Shown here: positions 9,871 to 21,060 of the stretch, in pieces
How the letters are laid out: each line of letters starts with the position of its first letter
Position numbering within the stretch: position 1 is the first letter of the stretch
Assembly: GCA_000002445.1 (NCBI GenBank)
Contig: CH464491.1
Span: forward strand, 3,392,001 to 3,456,000
Direction: 5' to 3'
Length of the DNA: 64,000 nucleotides
From: Trypanosoma brucei
Lineage: Eukaryota
Notes under the pieces: model-generated
Seen by the model: the letters and a program-made list of their open reading frames with translations, nothing else
Database searches by the model: none
What the model was told of the DNA's origin: nothing
Position numbers and translations under genes: made by a program

Positions 9871-11163
9871 CTACAAGTCGTTCATGCTATGCGGGTCCGC
9901 ACCAGCATCAAGCACAATCTCGCCCACCTTTTCATCAAGGTGGAAGCGCGCCCACACCCTCCGATCATGGCCGTGCTCGTCAAAATACTTCAATAACAGT
10001 GACAGCAAGCTGTCCTCCACAGCTCGACGCAGTGCGTGACCATTTTCACGTCCCTCCCATACCTCGCGATACCTTTCTACAAGGAATGATACAGCAACAT
10101 CATCAATGCTACTCGCAACGACGCCTCCGCCGTATGCATTTGGGCCCGCGAATCCATAGCGATACGCGGTGCACGGAAGAGTTATCACAGTAGTCCGCAC
10201 CATTTCCTCTGCTGAGCGCTTCGAAAACGCCGCAAACGCCAGTGTCCGCACGAATGCAGGCACAAAGGAGCCATACAGAGAATTGAACTCCATCCGCACC
10301 ATCTTCTCAACCTCCACCACGCTTTTCCCAAATGTGCGACCTTGCTTCCCAAAGTCTGTTGTGACTATCACAGTGAGTTCTTTAAGTGATGGTAAGTCGG
10401 CGGCCTGCCCCTCGAAGCGGTCCGCACGACCAAACAGCGGCGCGAGCAGCGCAACAAGCGAAGGGTGCATGGCGTTAAGGTCGTCCAGCAGCACGATACC
10501 GTGAGGGTACTTGCGCTGGTGCTCAGTGATTTTCCTTACCAAGAGGTTCAAACCATCCCTTCCCTCCAGGCCACCAAAGCCAGTACCGGATATGACGAGC
10601 ATATTGTCACCAGAGTCACACTGCCGCCCACGCGAGTTCGCACAGCGCAGCGATGTGGCCAATGACAGTAACCGAGCAGTATGGGTCTTACCGACGCCGT
10701 TATCGCCAGCAAAGTGGAGAACGAGAGGCTCATGTGGGTACGAAAGCTTCTTGCGCATTAGGGAAGCAATAGCTTCGGTTAGATGCCCCTGGCCCACTAG
10801 GCGGGTGCGCAGAAGCTCTTCCACGTTGCTTATCGCAAGACGGCGCGCCTTGTCATCAGTTGCGAAGGGCAACTCCCGTGACACCAATCTGGAAGGAAGC
10901 TTGGACATCCAACAATAAAGTTGGCTGCTGCTCAACCACTTGTACCTCGAGCAGACGGGAGCCGGGGGACAGGTCGGCTCACTGGTGTCCGCTACAACCT
11001 CATCCACCGTACTTCGTACGTCAGCCCCTGCTACGGAGGGTTCTACCGCGGTTAGAAGCACGCATAGGAACAGAATCACAAAGAGGGAAACGGAAGAGTG
11101 TCTATCATCCCCCTCAACACCAACGACAGAAGAAGAGCCAAACGGGTATCCCGAATGGGGCAT
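9871..11163 (-). CDS. Torsin-like / ClpB-D2-like single-domain AAA+ ATPase with an N-terminal hydrophobic signal anchor
   Basis: Walker A is PLVLHFAGDNGVGKTHTARLL. Walker B with the ClpB/torsin-type motif is GIVLLDDLNAMHPSLVALLAPLF. The upstream LVGQGHLTEAIASLMRKK resembles the torsin LFGQHLA region. The hydrophobic stretch VSLFVILFLCVLLTAV lies near the N-terminus. The ORF-track start at 11187 is a GTG; the first ATG is at 11163. Confidence 0.5.
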   Translation of the reverse strand: MPHSGYPFGSSSVVGVEGDDRHSSVSLFVILFLCVLLTAVEPSVAGADVRSTVDEVVADTSEPTCPPAPVCSRYKWLSSSQLYCWMSKLPSRLVSRELPFATDDKARRLAISNVEELLRTRLVGQGHLTEAIASLMRKKLSYPHEPLVLHFAGDNGVGKTHTARLLSLATSLRCANSRGRQCDSGDNMLVISGTGFGGLEGRDGLNLLVRKITEHQRKYPHGIVLLDDLNAMHPSLVALLAPLFGRADRFEGQAADLPSLKELTVIVTTDFGKQGRTFGKSVVEVEKMVRMEFNSLYGSFVPAFVRTLAFAAFSKRSAEEMVRTTVITLPCTAYRYGFAGPNAYGGGVVASSIDDVAVSFLVERYREVWEGRENGHALRRAVEDSLLSLLLKYFDEHGHDRRVWARFHLDEKVGEIVLDAGADPHSMNDL

Positions 11164-11680
11164 CGAATAGTGGATAACACTGCACACCTTGAAGCTGATT
11201 TATGTGTGACTATGCGGGGAGGAGGGGTGAATTCTTCTCCACGCTCGCTTGACAGACACCCTCCTGATTTCAGTTGCTGATATCCCACGCCCAGCAGTAG
11301 TGGACTAATATCCACCCCTCTCCCTGCACCCTTAAGCAGCTCCACGGGCGCTTGGGGAACCGACCAATATTCTCTCTGTGAGTTAAATATATGTATCTAA
11401 ATTCTATTTGAACACACACGCAGCTTGTGTTCCACCTATTCCAGACACAGACGCGTGGCGCAAGTCGATAGGGCAAGCGGAGAAAATGTTACGAACGTCA
11501 TCAAAAGAAGCAACAGTGCACCACGTCCTGCGCCAACCAGACCCGCATGACACACAAAAAAACAACACCAGGACGAAGTAACGCACAATCACGCCGTGTA
11601 TTTGCGCGAAAAAAAATACGTAAGACCACGCCCGCCCGCCTTCCTGCACAGTATGGCCTTTTCTTTCCATCCGATCACTT

Positions 11681-13942
11681 TTATTTAGGTGGCCCTCGAG
11701 GTGGCCCAAAATCATCACCACCCGGGTGTGGATTTTGCTCCATGTTAGCCACCACCCTCGACGTGATGCCACCCACGTCGTTCCACACACCGCTCTCCGC
11801 CGCTCGAGTACCAAACTTCGCGCGCCCACCTTTCCTCCGTGCAAGAAGACCTCGCCGGAACCACACAGCTTTCCATGTGATAGCGTCCATTACACGCTGC
11901 TGCTGCCGTGGTGGGACACCGCCGTGCACACCAGTGGTCTGTGGATGGAAAAGAGGCCTCCAAGTGGCGTTATGTCGTAGATATGTTCGTTCCAAGTGCG
12001 CAGGAATCGTCTTCTGGGTTATAAGCGATACGTAGGACCGTGCAATAGCGTTCAGCTTGTGCGTGCGCCACTCAGCGTAGCGTGGCTCCATCATGTGTCG
12101 CTTCCAGTTACTAATGCCCTCTAATGGGAGCTGCTTTTGAAGAAAAGCGCGCACGGCAGACACAATGACTCCTTGTCGTTTGGTGTAAAGACTGTATACC
12201 TGGCCCAGACGACCTTGCCGTGCGGTGCGGCCCGCACGGCTGAGGTAAGTGAGTGCGTTCGTGGGCATGTCGAAGTTTACAACGAAGTCCACATGCAGAT
12301 CAAGGCCTCGCGCAGCAACATCGGTGGAGCACAAGATGTTGGTGCGTCCGGAAGCAAAGTCGGCGAACATGCGTCGCCGCACAGCTGCCGGCAGGGCGGC
12401 GTGTAGCAATGAGCATGTGTAACCGCAGCCGCGCAGCCGGTGATACACTGCAGTTGCACAATCAATACCACGTGTAAAAATAATACAGCGTTTGCCGTCG
12501 GCAAATACGGTGCGCGGCACGTGACACGTGAACGGGGCCGCAACAGTTGTGAGGTGCTCCCAGTGCACTGGGCGTACCCCTTCCAGGGCGTGGCGGACCC
12601 TCTCCTTCATTTCATCTGCATTATCACCTTTCGCACCGAAGCCGGATCGGTTTTCCTCTACTTTGTAGTTGCTGACATCACCAGAAGTGGAAGAAAGGGT
12701 GGCAATTGGTGTCTCACCTTCGTGATCATGCCTCTCCATCCGAGGCCGCCTCCGCAAATGAAGACCCCGTAGCTCCACGAGCTCCTCGAATGACCCCGAC
12801 AAATAGTGCAGCTTCGAGTAAGCCTGCTCTTCCTCAATATCTGTAAGTATTTCCCGAGGTCGGTTGCCGTGTTTTTTGAGTAGGTGCTGCAACGTGTCCA
12901 TCTTCTCTTGTTCACGTTCCACCGGCAGAAAACGGTGGCGCAGGGTGCCCGGTGGTCTGTGCATGCGTTGGCGACGTATGCACGTGACTGCATCAGGGTA
13001 CTTCTTCCCAACAACAAACTCCAGCTTCCTAGTTATGAAAGCGGTCGCGAATACCGTTTGGGTCTGTACCGGCCACAAGTGTTTAAACATTACACGCTTC
13101 TGCACCTTCATCAGAAGATGCACGGCATCATGATCGTGCTGCGAGGATAGCATGCCGTCTGCCTCGTCCACCGCAACATAACGCAGATCATCCAGAAAGA
13201 CACGTCTCGCCCGGATGAGACGGAGAACTATCTTTGGGTCCATAATCATAACATCCACAAGCTGTTGCTTGAGCAACCGACTTAAACGGTGATTGGCACG
13301 CTTGCGGGAGGTGAAGGAAATCGCGTGAAGTCCTGTGGCTTCCCCCAGCACGGAGCACACGTGGTGTAGCTGCGCAATAAGTTCGCGGGTTGGTGCTAAT
13401 AGAATCATGCGAGGTCGGCGCTCACGCAGTGGTATCTTGTACACATCCCTGTCCTTTATCATGTTCTGATAAAGAGGGAGGAGATACGCCAGAGTTTTCC
13501 CCTCGCCGTGCGGGGCGGCAACAACAGTATCTTTGCGCTGCATTATCACCTCGACAGCAGACTGCTGAATGGGCGAAGGTGTTGTAATGCGCAGTTGCCG
13601 GAGGGCGCTGCGCAGTTCAGGGTAGAGTGACATGTCCTCAAAGCTCGTGACAGTTTTTGTCTTGATATTCTTGCTCAACAGTGGCGAATTATGCGTGCTG
13701 GAGGGTGAAAGGCTCTGCAGCACAACATCACTGACGAGGTGATTTGAGCGCTCACCAACGGAACGACTGAACGTCCCTCCGTACGCCTTCAGCTGCTGAG
13801 GAACGATAATACCGCGGGATGTAGTAAGGAGCACACCACTGCAGTTCAACAACGTTGTCAGTGCGACGGAGCGCACAAAACTGCGCCGCGCCCGCGTCCA
13901 GTGAGCGGTAGGGTGCAGTAAAACTATGTTGCGTCGTCCCAT
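11681..13942 (-). CDS. DEAD-box ATP-dependent RNA helicase with a long, presequence-like N-terminal extension (possibly mitochondrial)
   Basis: Motifs present: Q-motif/GEGKT (AAPHGEGKTLAYLLP), PTRELIAQL, VAVDEADGML (DEAD box), STDVAARGLD, and YLSRAGRTARQGRLG. The start codon at 13942 is an ATG. Confidence 0.8.
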   Translation of the reverse strand: MGRRNIVLLHPTAHWTRARRSFVRSVALTTLLNCSGVLLTTSRGIIVPQQLKAYGGTFSRSVGERSNHLVSDVVLQSLSPSSTHNSPLLSKNIKTKTVTSFEDMSLYPELRSALRQLRITTPSPIQQSAVEVIMQRKDTVVAAPHGEGKTLAYLLPLYQNMIKDRDVYKIPLRERRPRMILLAPTRELIAQLHHVCSVLGEATGLHAISFTSRKRANHRLSRLLKQQLVDVMIMDPKIVLRLIRARRVFLDDLRYVAVDEADGMLSSQHDHDAVHLLMKVQKRVMFKHLWPVQTQTVFATAFITRKLEFVVGKKYPDAVTCIRRQRMHRPPGTLRHRFLPVEREQEKMDTLQHLLKKHGNRPREILTDIEEEQAYSKLHYLSGSFEELVELRGLHLRRRPRMERHDHEGETPIATLSSTSGDVSNYKVEENRSGFGAKGDNADEMKERVRHALEGVRPVHWEHLTTVAAPFTCHVPRTVFADGKRCIIFTRGIDCATAVYHRLRGCGYTCSLLHAALPAAVRRRMFADFASGRTNILCSTDVAARGLDLHVDFVVNFDMPTNALTYLSRAGRTARQGRLGQVYSLYTKRQGVIVSAVRAFLQKQLPLEGISNWKRHMMEPRYAEWRTHKLNAIARSYVSLITQKTIPAHLERTYLRHNATWRPLFHPQTTGVHGGVPPRQQQRVMDAITWKAVWFRRGLLARRKGGRAKFGTRAAESGVWNDVGGITSRVVANMEQNPHPGGDDFGPPRGPPK

Positions 13943-14475
13943 TTCCTCGAGCTAACTAGTCACCGCAACGGTACCTGATCTTCCTGTTCGCCCCTCTCCG
14001 TTGCACCCCCGAGCACCGGCAACAGAAAAATAAACAGCAGAACGATAAAAAAAAAAAAGAAAACAATGATCATCATTATTAGTCATCAAGGCAAACCGGC
14101 GCAGATGTTACACTGATTCACAAAGTGAGGGCTCGCTGAGGGGGTCGTGTTGGTTTTCGGCGCCGCTGGCAACGGTTATTTACCTTATAATACTTAGGTG
14201 AGGGAGTGGTAAGCGAAAGCATGACACAAATGTGCATAAATTTTCCTCTGTCTTTTTTGTTTTGTCCAATCAAATAAGCTGTTATTTATCCTTTCTCCAT
14301 CGGGATACAAACTTCGCGTCCATCCGAAAAGTTTGTAGCGACATCACTACATAAGACCCCACCCGCCCTCTTTAATCGATAGCAGTCGGAAAATTTTTTA
14401 TCGGTAACGAAGGGCTAAACGACTGAAGGGCGGGTAAACGATTTCCACCCACGGGGTCAAGAAGCGTGAACCGCG

Positions 14476-15660
14476 TCACACAGCCACGAGTGCCTTTGTG
14501 GCCATCTGCAACGCTCCTTCATAGGTTTTGTTTCCACCGATAAACCCAGACACATGGACAAAAACGCATCCCTCCACACCACTAGCCTCGCTCAGATCGG
14601 CATCCCGAATTCCTTTCCAAGGCAACGGCTTGCGACTTTCAAAACTCACAGCGTCCTTCGGTACCGCCTGCACGCGCCAGCCACTTTTATCAGAAAATAG
14701 AACGTAGAGCACGTGACCAACCTTCCCGTGCTCGGCTTCGATCTCCAAGAGGTGGTCCTTCCACGGGCAGAAGCGCTCCTTCAGGACTATAATGCGGCCA
14801 CTCGGGTGCACGCTCTCAGCGGCGTGGAAAGCGTCCTCAACAAGGCCACGGGCAGGCATCCATGAGAACGTAAAGAAATGAACAGCGGCCACAAACTCGG
14901 AGAGAGCCAACTCCACCGCTTGCAAGAAAGCGGTGTTCTCGCTCTCGGGATTGCCGTCACCACCTTCATTCCACCAAGGCATTAGCCGCCCAATTCGATC
15001 TGATAGAGTCGTCGTGACAGCGTAATTACGAACGCACGAAGCAGACTGGGCATCAGCAGAGCATCCACTTGCGGTAACTGTCTCTGTCGCGGGTCCGAAG
15101 GAGTTAACACCGTTATCTATTCCGTCGATGTGTTCCACAAAGTTTTTATATACAATGTCAAAAACAGTGTCGAGTTCAGCCTCACTCAAGTTTTTCCTAC
15201 TCTCAGACCAGCTTCCCATCTTCAGGAGTTCTGCACGGTACGAAGAAGAAAGCGCCGCCTCAACATAGCGCTGGATTATCTCGCGTCCGAAGTGCTTATA
15301 GACAAGGCCAGCAGAGGACAAACGCGTTCGGTACATGGATTTCGGGGTTTTCATCGTGTCATGGAAGGTCGGCTGATGGTGGTCAAAGCGTAGCGCATCC
15401 GCGTCATACACACCTCCGACATCCACCACAATACTGCACCGGTCCAAAGTCTTAGCATCACGCGTACGTAAAACATTTGCCGCACGGAACTGTCCACTAC
15501 AACGTAGCATCCCACAAGCTAGGGCTTCATCACAGTGGAAAGAACCGTTATGCGTGCCGATCACAGGAAAGGAGCTCGTGTCTACATCCGCCAAAGACGG
15601 AAGTACACGAAGCCCGGAGAGTTGCCTCACAACAAACTCAGCCATATGCCCCCGAGACAT
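14476..15660 (-). CDS. MYG1: MYG1 / UPF0160 family metal-dependent hydrolase
   Basis: IGTHNGSFHCDEALACGMLR...LRTRD...IVVDVGGVYD...RFDHHQ is the signature N-terminal block of the UPF0160/MYG1 family. The start at 15660 is an ATG. Confidence 0.7.
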   Translation of the reverse strand: MSRGHMAEFVVRQLSGLRVLPSLADVDTSSFPVIGTHNGSFHCDEALACGMLRCSGQFRAANVLRTRDAKTLDRCSIVVDVGGVYDADALRFDHHQPTFHDTMKTPKSMYRTRLSSAGLVYKHFGREIIQRYVEAALSSSYRAELLKMGSWSESRKNLSEAELDTVFDIVYKNFVEHIDGIDNGVNSFGPATETVTASGCSADAQSASCVRNYAVTTTLSDRIGRLMPWWNEGGDGNPESENTAFLQAVELALSEFVAAVHFFTFSWMPARGLVEDAFHAAESVHPSGRIIVLKERFCPWKDHLLEIEAEHGKVGHVLYVLFSDKSGWRVQAVPKDAVSFESRKPLPWKGIRDADLSEASGVEGCVFVHVSGFIGGNKTYEGALQMATKALVAV

Positions 15661-16047
15661 CCTTTCCTCCGCGTCCCTACTTTTGGTTATCGTATTCCCC
15701 TTCTCTCGGAAACCTTCGCGAAAGAACTTAAACTCCCTGTGTGGGATATGCAGCTGCTATCGGTGGGACGGCGCTACGTCATGGACAATATAACAACAGT
15801 CGAAGGGAGAGAAATGAAAAGAACAAGAAGTAACCATACAATGCAACTGGTCAACTTCGACAAAAAAGAAAGGCTTAGGTTGGGCTAAAGGTATGCCCAG
15901 TAAACTGAGTTGCACGCTCCCAACTTACGACAACCAAGTAGATTGACCACGCCAAGCACAACCTGTCACTCGCCAGACCAAACGCGAGGGCTTGAACACA
16001 TTTCCATGTGTACGGCAACCGACACGCACGCGAATTCCGATCCCCTT

Positions 16048-16698
16048 TTAAAAGAAAGCTGCCACCACATCCTTGAAGAGTGTCTCGAGTGCCTCCTCCA
16101 CTCCGGCACCCGTGCAGGCACTCGTCTCGAAGTACTTGTAATCATGCTCCTTCGCCCACTGCCGCCCAGTCTCACTACTCACAGCCCGTTTCTTTCTACC
16201 GCCTCCTTCCGACACCTCGTCTATTTTATTTGCGCATACCACAACCTTGCAGGGTACGGACGCATCCACCCGGGCGACGTACGTGTCATTTCCCTTTGTG
16301 TTCACGTGAGCTTCCATCTCCTTCACCCACTGGTTGAGTGCGAAAAAACTTTCGGCGTCGGTTACGTCGTAAACCAACAGCACGCCCTCTGTTGCCCTAT
16401 AGAATTCGTTGCGAATCTCCAGGTACTCCTCGCATCCTGACATGTCCCAGAAGTTCACGCGAGTAGAAATTTTTCCCGATGGTGCTAAATGCGCTGGCAC
16501 CCTTACATCAACGCGCTTTACACCATAGTCGATTCCAATGGTAGGTATGTACTTTGACACAAACCGACCCTCACAGTACTGCTTGATGAGGCAGCTTTTC
16601 CCGACACCAACAGATCCAAGAGAAACAATCTTAATCCGGGGGCCAGACTTATCACCTCCGGTAGTTGGCGAGCCATCGGAAGTGGTATGAGATGGCAT
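16048..16698 (-). CDS. Ras-superfamily small GTPase, Rab-like with an atypical G3 motif
   Basis: G1 is GSVGVGKS. G3 is WDMSGCEEY, where DxxG is present but the canonical Q is replaced. G4 is CANKID and G5 is ETSACTG. The start at 16698 is an ATG. Confidence 0.7.
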   Translation of the reverse strand: MPSHTTSDGSPTTGGDKSGPRIKIVSLGSVGVGKSCLIKQYCEGRFVSKYIPTIGIDYGVKRVDVRVPAHLAPSGKISTRVNFWDMSGCEEYLEIRNEFYRATEGVLLVYDVTDAESFFALNQWVKEMEAHVNTKGNDTYVARVDASVPCKVVVCANKIDEVSEGGGRKKRAVSSETGRQWAKEHDYKYFETSACTGAGVEEALETLFKDVVAAFF

Positions 16699-17407
16699 AA
16701 CGCACGTGAATTGGTAAGCAAAACTAAGTCACACTGCAATGGAAAAAATGTGTCGTTCTCCCGCGGTGTTGTGCCCTCCTCCTCCACCCCCCCCCCACTG
16801 GCGTATGACCTGTGATAGATTGTTATCTCACCTTCCTGTGGTCGGTGTTCGTTGGTGAAAATGGAGTGAGAAAAGAAGTGGTGGACGCCACAACGGAGGC
16901 CTTCCCGCTGGGCTTCCCAACCTTTTCTTTTAGTGCGTTTCCCTTTTTCGCGTTCCCCCGCCGTCCGCAGTATCTTAAAAGTGCTATGCAGAGTTTGAAA
17001 ACAGGGAGGTACAGCAAAATAGTTTCTGAAACAGGGCAGACAGACACCCCTCAGAGCAGTCCAACAAAAGAGAGGAAAAGAGAAGAGGTAGAAACACGGA
17101 GAGGTACGGCGAAATAGCGGTTGGGGTTGGAGTAAGCGTTTCTTTTTCTTTAAAGGTTTATAATGTCTTTCGGTGGACGCTTGCGACGGACTACATACAA
17201 CTTCCAAAACACGGATACTTCCCCTCTGACAGCAATACCCGGAAGAGAAGGGTAATTATCTTTAAAGGGTGTATTATTTCATAAGCTCATCCCCTCTCCC
17301 CGTTCCTCCAAATGATGTGTGCTCCGGCTCCTCAATGACAAGACAGACCAGGTGAAAAAAGAAAAAGAAAACAAACAAACGAACAAACAACACCACCGGC
17401 CTCCCCG

Positions 17408-17686
17408 TTAGGTTCTCGTTTGCCCAATGTATTTGTCAGCAAACCCATCATCCGTGGGTTCCTCCAGGCCCAACTCAAGGGCACGCCATCGCTCCCGCTC
17501 GATATCCTTTGCAATTGATGCGTGCCGCCTACTGCGTTCCGCCTCCTCGCTGTAGTACACACCGGCGTACACAGCAGCTGCGACTAATATGCTCCCAAAG
17601 AAAAGTTGTTTGTCCACACGGCGCCTCCAACCAACCCATTTCAAGGCGGTTTGGTCTCCACTAAAGAGCCGCGAGTAGGAATTCAT
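17408..17686 (-). CDS. Small hypothetical single-pass membrane protein (92 aa)
   Basis: The start is an ATG and it lies on the same strand as the transcription unit. There is one clear transmembrane helix, LFFGSILVAAAVYAGVYY, and a charged C-terminal tail. I have no homology evidence. Confidence 0.35.
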   Translation of the reverse strand: MNSYSRLFSGDQTALKWVGWRRRVDKQLFFGSILVAAAVYAGVYYSEEAERSRRHASIAKDIERERWRALELGLEEPTDDGFADKYIGQTRT

Positions 17687-18375
17687 AGACTCTCAATCAC
17701 TGCCACAAAAAATGTTTAAGCGTAGTGTAGCGTAACCGTTTGAGGATGACAGCTTAGCCTATAATCACCCCCGCACTTACATTTAACAGGTAACTTCGAC
17801 CTTACCAATGGAAGAAAGTGAAGGGGGAAAGCAAGGTGTATCACAGACAGCTGCATTTGGCGTGAGCAAGTGGTGCGAGAAGACACGAAAAGAGAGTAAA
17901 AAACAAACTTTTGGTTCAACTTGCTGACTGTAACCCCGATGATAGAATCTGGTCAACTAAGGCAAGCAACGAGAGATAATTGGAAAGTTTACATACACGG
18001 TTTCAGCAAAGGGAATGAGGATGGAAAGGGTTTTTGTCGCTATGAAAAGCAAACCCTTGACAACACATAGGTACATATTACAGCAAACGAGCTACAGACT
18101 GCAATCACACTTGTCACAGCATCACTACGTACAGGGGTATGCGCGTCAGTCACCCTGCCGGAACCGTTCTCTGCCACTCCTTTCCGGCTACGTTGTCCGT
18201 GCGTGCCCTTTGGGAACACTACCTGCAACCGACAGCTTTGACAACGCTACGTAGCATTCACATAGCTCAATTTGCGTGAAGCCATGCGCGAGGGCAAGCA
18301 CATCAAACGAACGCGTGGGCTCCTCACCAGTGTACGGCAGCTATGTGCAACAGACGCCAGTGGGTCACGATGCCT

Positions 18376-19713
18376 TCATTTGTTTGTCACCGCAGCCCGC
18401 TGACCTGCACAACCGGGGACATACGGCAGATGGGCAAACGTTATACGAGACATCTGGCGGTAATATGCAGCATCTCTGTGCCGGGGTAGGCTTTCCTTCA
18501 TGGACCCATCCGCTGCTGCATTCCAACCAAGAGCCGTTTCCGTGAAACGGTCCCACTTGCTGACGGGCAAGTCGCGAAAACGTGACTGTGTTGAGCGTTG
18601 CCGTCGGCTCATCCACTGCAAGAGCTGATCATTTTCGTCAGTGGCGGTTCCAAGGAGAGGCATCACTTCGTTGGATCGACTGTTCCTCGTCACCACGTGC
18701 CCCGGTCCGGCATCCATCCCGCATCTGCGGGCAACCGTCGACAAAGTCTTTAACATGTCGAGTTTATTCGCTGTTCCATCCAGCCCCCCAGGGAGCATTC
18801 GATTAAGGGGAGGTCGAAGTCTCGTGGGGCTGGGTGAACGCGACACCCTGAATCTCGGAGGGTGACTCCCTTGGGTTTGCTGGTAAGGTTCCACTGCTAC
18901 CTCCGATGGTGACATGCATCGTGTCAGAGTGTAGACCGAGTCTTCAGCCTGCGAAGGAGCGGATAACGCGCCTGTCATCGACTCCCGCTGAAGCTTACGA
19001 TAGTCCAACGCTAACTGCTGATAGTGCTTCACCGTTTCGCTTGCCTCTAAGCGATGGGCCTCGACTACCGTCATGGGGCGCGGCGGTTCAGGGTACCGTA
19101 TCGTACATAGTTTTTGTTGCAGAAACGGGTCGTAGCTAACCGGGTCAATAACGTCGAGAAATACACCACCTAACGCCGTTTTCTCCAGCCGATTGCACTC
19201 CGCAACATAACTTTCCATCATCGCTTTTCTCACTTCCGACCGCATCTGAGCACTCTCATCATCGTATAACTGTTCTTCAATGAATTCTTGTATAGGCCGC
19301 AGCAATTCTTCCTCTCGCTGCCGACTAAGCCGCAACAACGCGCGGTGAGTGCGAAAGACTTCCCGCCGCTGGGCAGCACTACACATAGAAACCAGTTCCG
19401 CATGTCGTCGCCCAACCGCGCTCATGCGTTCTCTAAACTCCTTCATTTGCTGTTTCTGTTGTTCTTCAGCTAACTGTCGTTCACGCCGGGTCGCCATCGT
19501 CTGCTCCAAGCGGCGCCTCACTTCATCTAGTTTCATTTGCTCGCGTTGGCGGGCGAGTGCAGCTTCCGCCTCACGTCTCGCCAAGCTCTCCTGCATTTGC
19601 CTCCCCTCATTCTCGATTACGTGGCTCCAATCAGCCGCATTCATTAGCTGCGTGTAAAGCACCGGGTCGTGCACACGGATGCGGTGGCCGGAGCCCTGCT
19701 CTCCGTCCCCCAT
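18376..19713 (-). CDS. Hypothetical coiled-coil protein (charged RE/QK-rich helical region)
   Basis: It is a long ORF. The ORF-track start at 19788 is a TTG; the first ATG is at 19713 (MGDGEQ...). The composition is coiled-coil and coding-like. No confident family assignment. Confidence 0.5.
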   Translation of the reverse strand: MGDGEQGSGHRIRVHDPVLYTQLMNAADWSHVIENEGRQMQESLARREAEAALARQREQMKLDEVRRRLEQTMATRRERQLAEEQQKQQMKEFRERMSAVGRRHAELVSMCSAAQRREVFRTHRALLRLSRQREEELLRPIQEFIEEQLYDDESAQMRSEVRKAMMESYVAECNRLEKTALGGVFLDVIDPVSYDPFLQQKLCTIRYPEPPRPMTVVEAHRLEASETVKHYQQLALDYRKLQRESMTGALSAPSQAEDSVYTLTRCMSPSEVAVEPYQQTQGSHPPRFRVSRSPSPTRLRPPLNRMLPGGLDGTANKLDMLKTLSTVARRCGMDAGPGHVVTRNSRSNEVMPLLGTATDENDQLLQWMSRRQRSTQSRFRDLPVSKWDRFTETALGWNAAADGSMKESLPRHRDAAYYRQMSRITFAHLPYVPGCAGQRAAVTNK

Positions 19714-20255
19714 AGGAGCTGAAATAAGTGACCACAGGAAATGTCTACGAAAGAAAAAAACTTTGGATAATTCTTGTAATCTTTGCAACCTTTACTTACC
19801 TCCTTTCGTTCACCTCTGTATGATACAAGACGCAGAAGTAGATGGAAAACGAGGTATTACTGGGGAAAAAAGTTCATAACATAGCAACCAATGTGAGCGT
19901 TTGGTTACGCAAGAAATGGCAGCAATGTTTTTAACCCAAGAAAAGGGTGCAACCGGTAATAGATCCATGCAACAAACTGTAGCATTAACTCACATTAGTG
20001 GAGAGCCGCAGCGCTGCATGCACTGGGGAGAAGGCAAACTAGTGTAGCTGCCCCAACATCTACTGAATATGTATTACTGTTTGCTTTACCACTGTGAAGT
20101 CTGACCATCTCCCAGCAGATATCAGTAGAACGTAATGCCATGAAGACATCGACTAGCACACGTTTCGTTGGAACCTCATCAGCGCGACACTCATGGAGGA
20201 GGAACAAGCCAACTCGCGCAAACTCAAAGAATAGGGACCTGTGAAGAGTTGGCAC

Positions 20256-20282
<27 letters not shown>
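20256..20282. repeat. (AC)13 microsatellite
   Basis: A perfect cacacaca run seen directly. Confidence 0.9.
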
Positions 20283-20286
<4 letters not shown>

Positions 20287-21060
20287 CTGAAATCGTAGAA
20301 GGATTATGTGGCTGACCCGCCCTTACAGCAGCCTAAGTAATAAAAAGTAGTGGCTAACGCTTCATGATGTAACTGGAAAGTGTGCGGGCAACAAACCCTG
20401 AAGGAGGAAAAAGTGGGACAAGCAATAACACCAATTGGACATGAGGAAGCAAGGTGAGCTGAAGCTCGCTACACAGCGACATAAGTGAATGTAGCCGCAC
20501 GCAAGGATGTACGTGCGCAAGCAGGCACAGAGGCCGATGCCCAACCACAGAAAAGTAAGGGAAACGAAAAAAAAGACGAATGTTTGGAGTCAGAACGTAC
20601 AAAGTGAAGAAGTAAAAAAACAAAACCGTGAAACGTTGCGACCACGCGTGTCCGCAAGTACAAAAGCACACACAAGTATATTGGAACTGATGAGCGTGGA
20701 CACCCAGCACACGTCAAAGCAAGAAGAACAAAAAAAACTGATGAAACAGATGTTATTAAGGTCACTGAATGCCGGAGTACAAATATACAGTGAAGTAGTG
20801 TTGCACCAAGCAACACTTCTCCTCCATTATGGTTTTTTTCTGTGTACAAAAGCCCTCCCCCATAAAGGGGCTGTCTCCCGGCCCTAAAATTACAAAAATC
20901 AGATATACAGAGGTTGCCCTTCTCTTCGCACTTTCACCTCACTCTCATATATATGTGCGTGCTTGGGTGAATTCGGAGCCGCTCTAACGGTACGGGCTCC
21001 CAACATGACTGACTTCACAAACACTCTAGAACTTCACAAATACAAAGATACAAGAATTGG

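Noticed and set aside
11404-11844. 146-aa minus-strand ORF overlapping the 3' end of the helicase gene, and many 60-120-aa ORFs overlapping larger genes in other frames
   Set aside because: Alternative-frame ORFs inside or next to strongly supported genes. No independent evidence.
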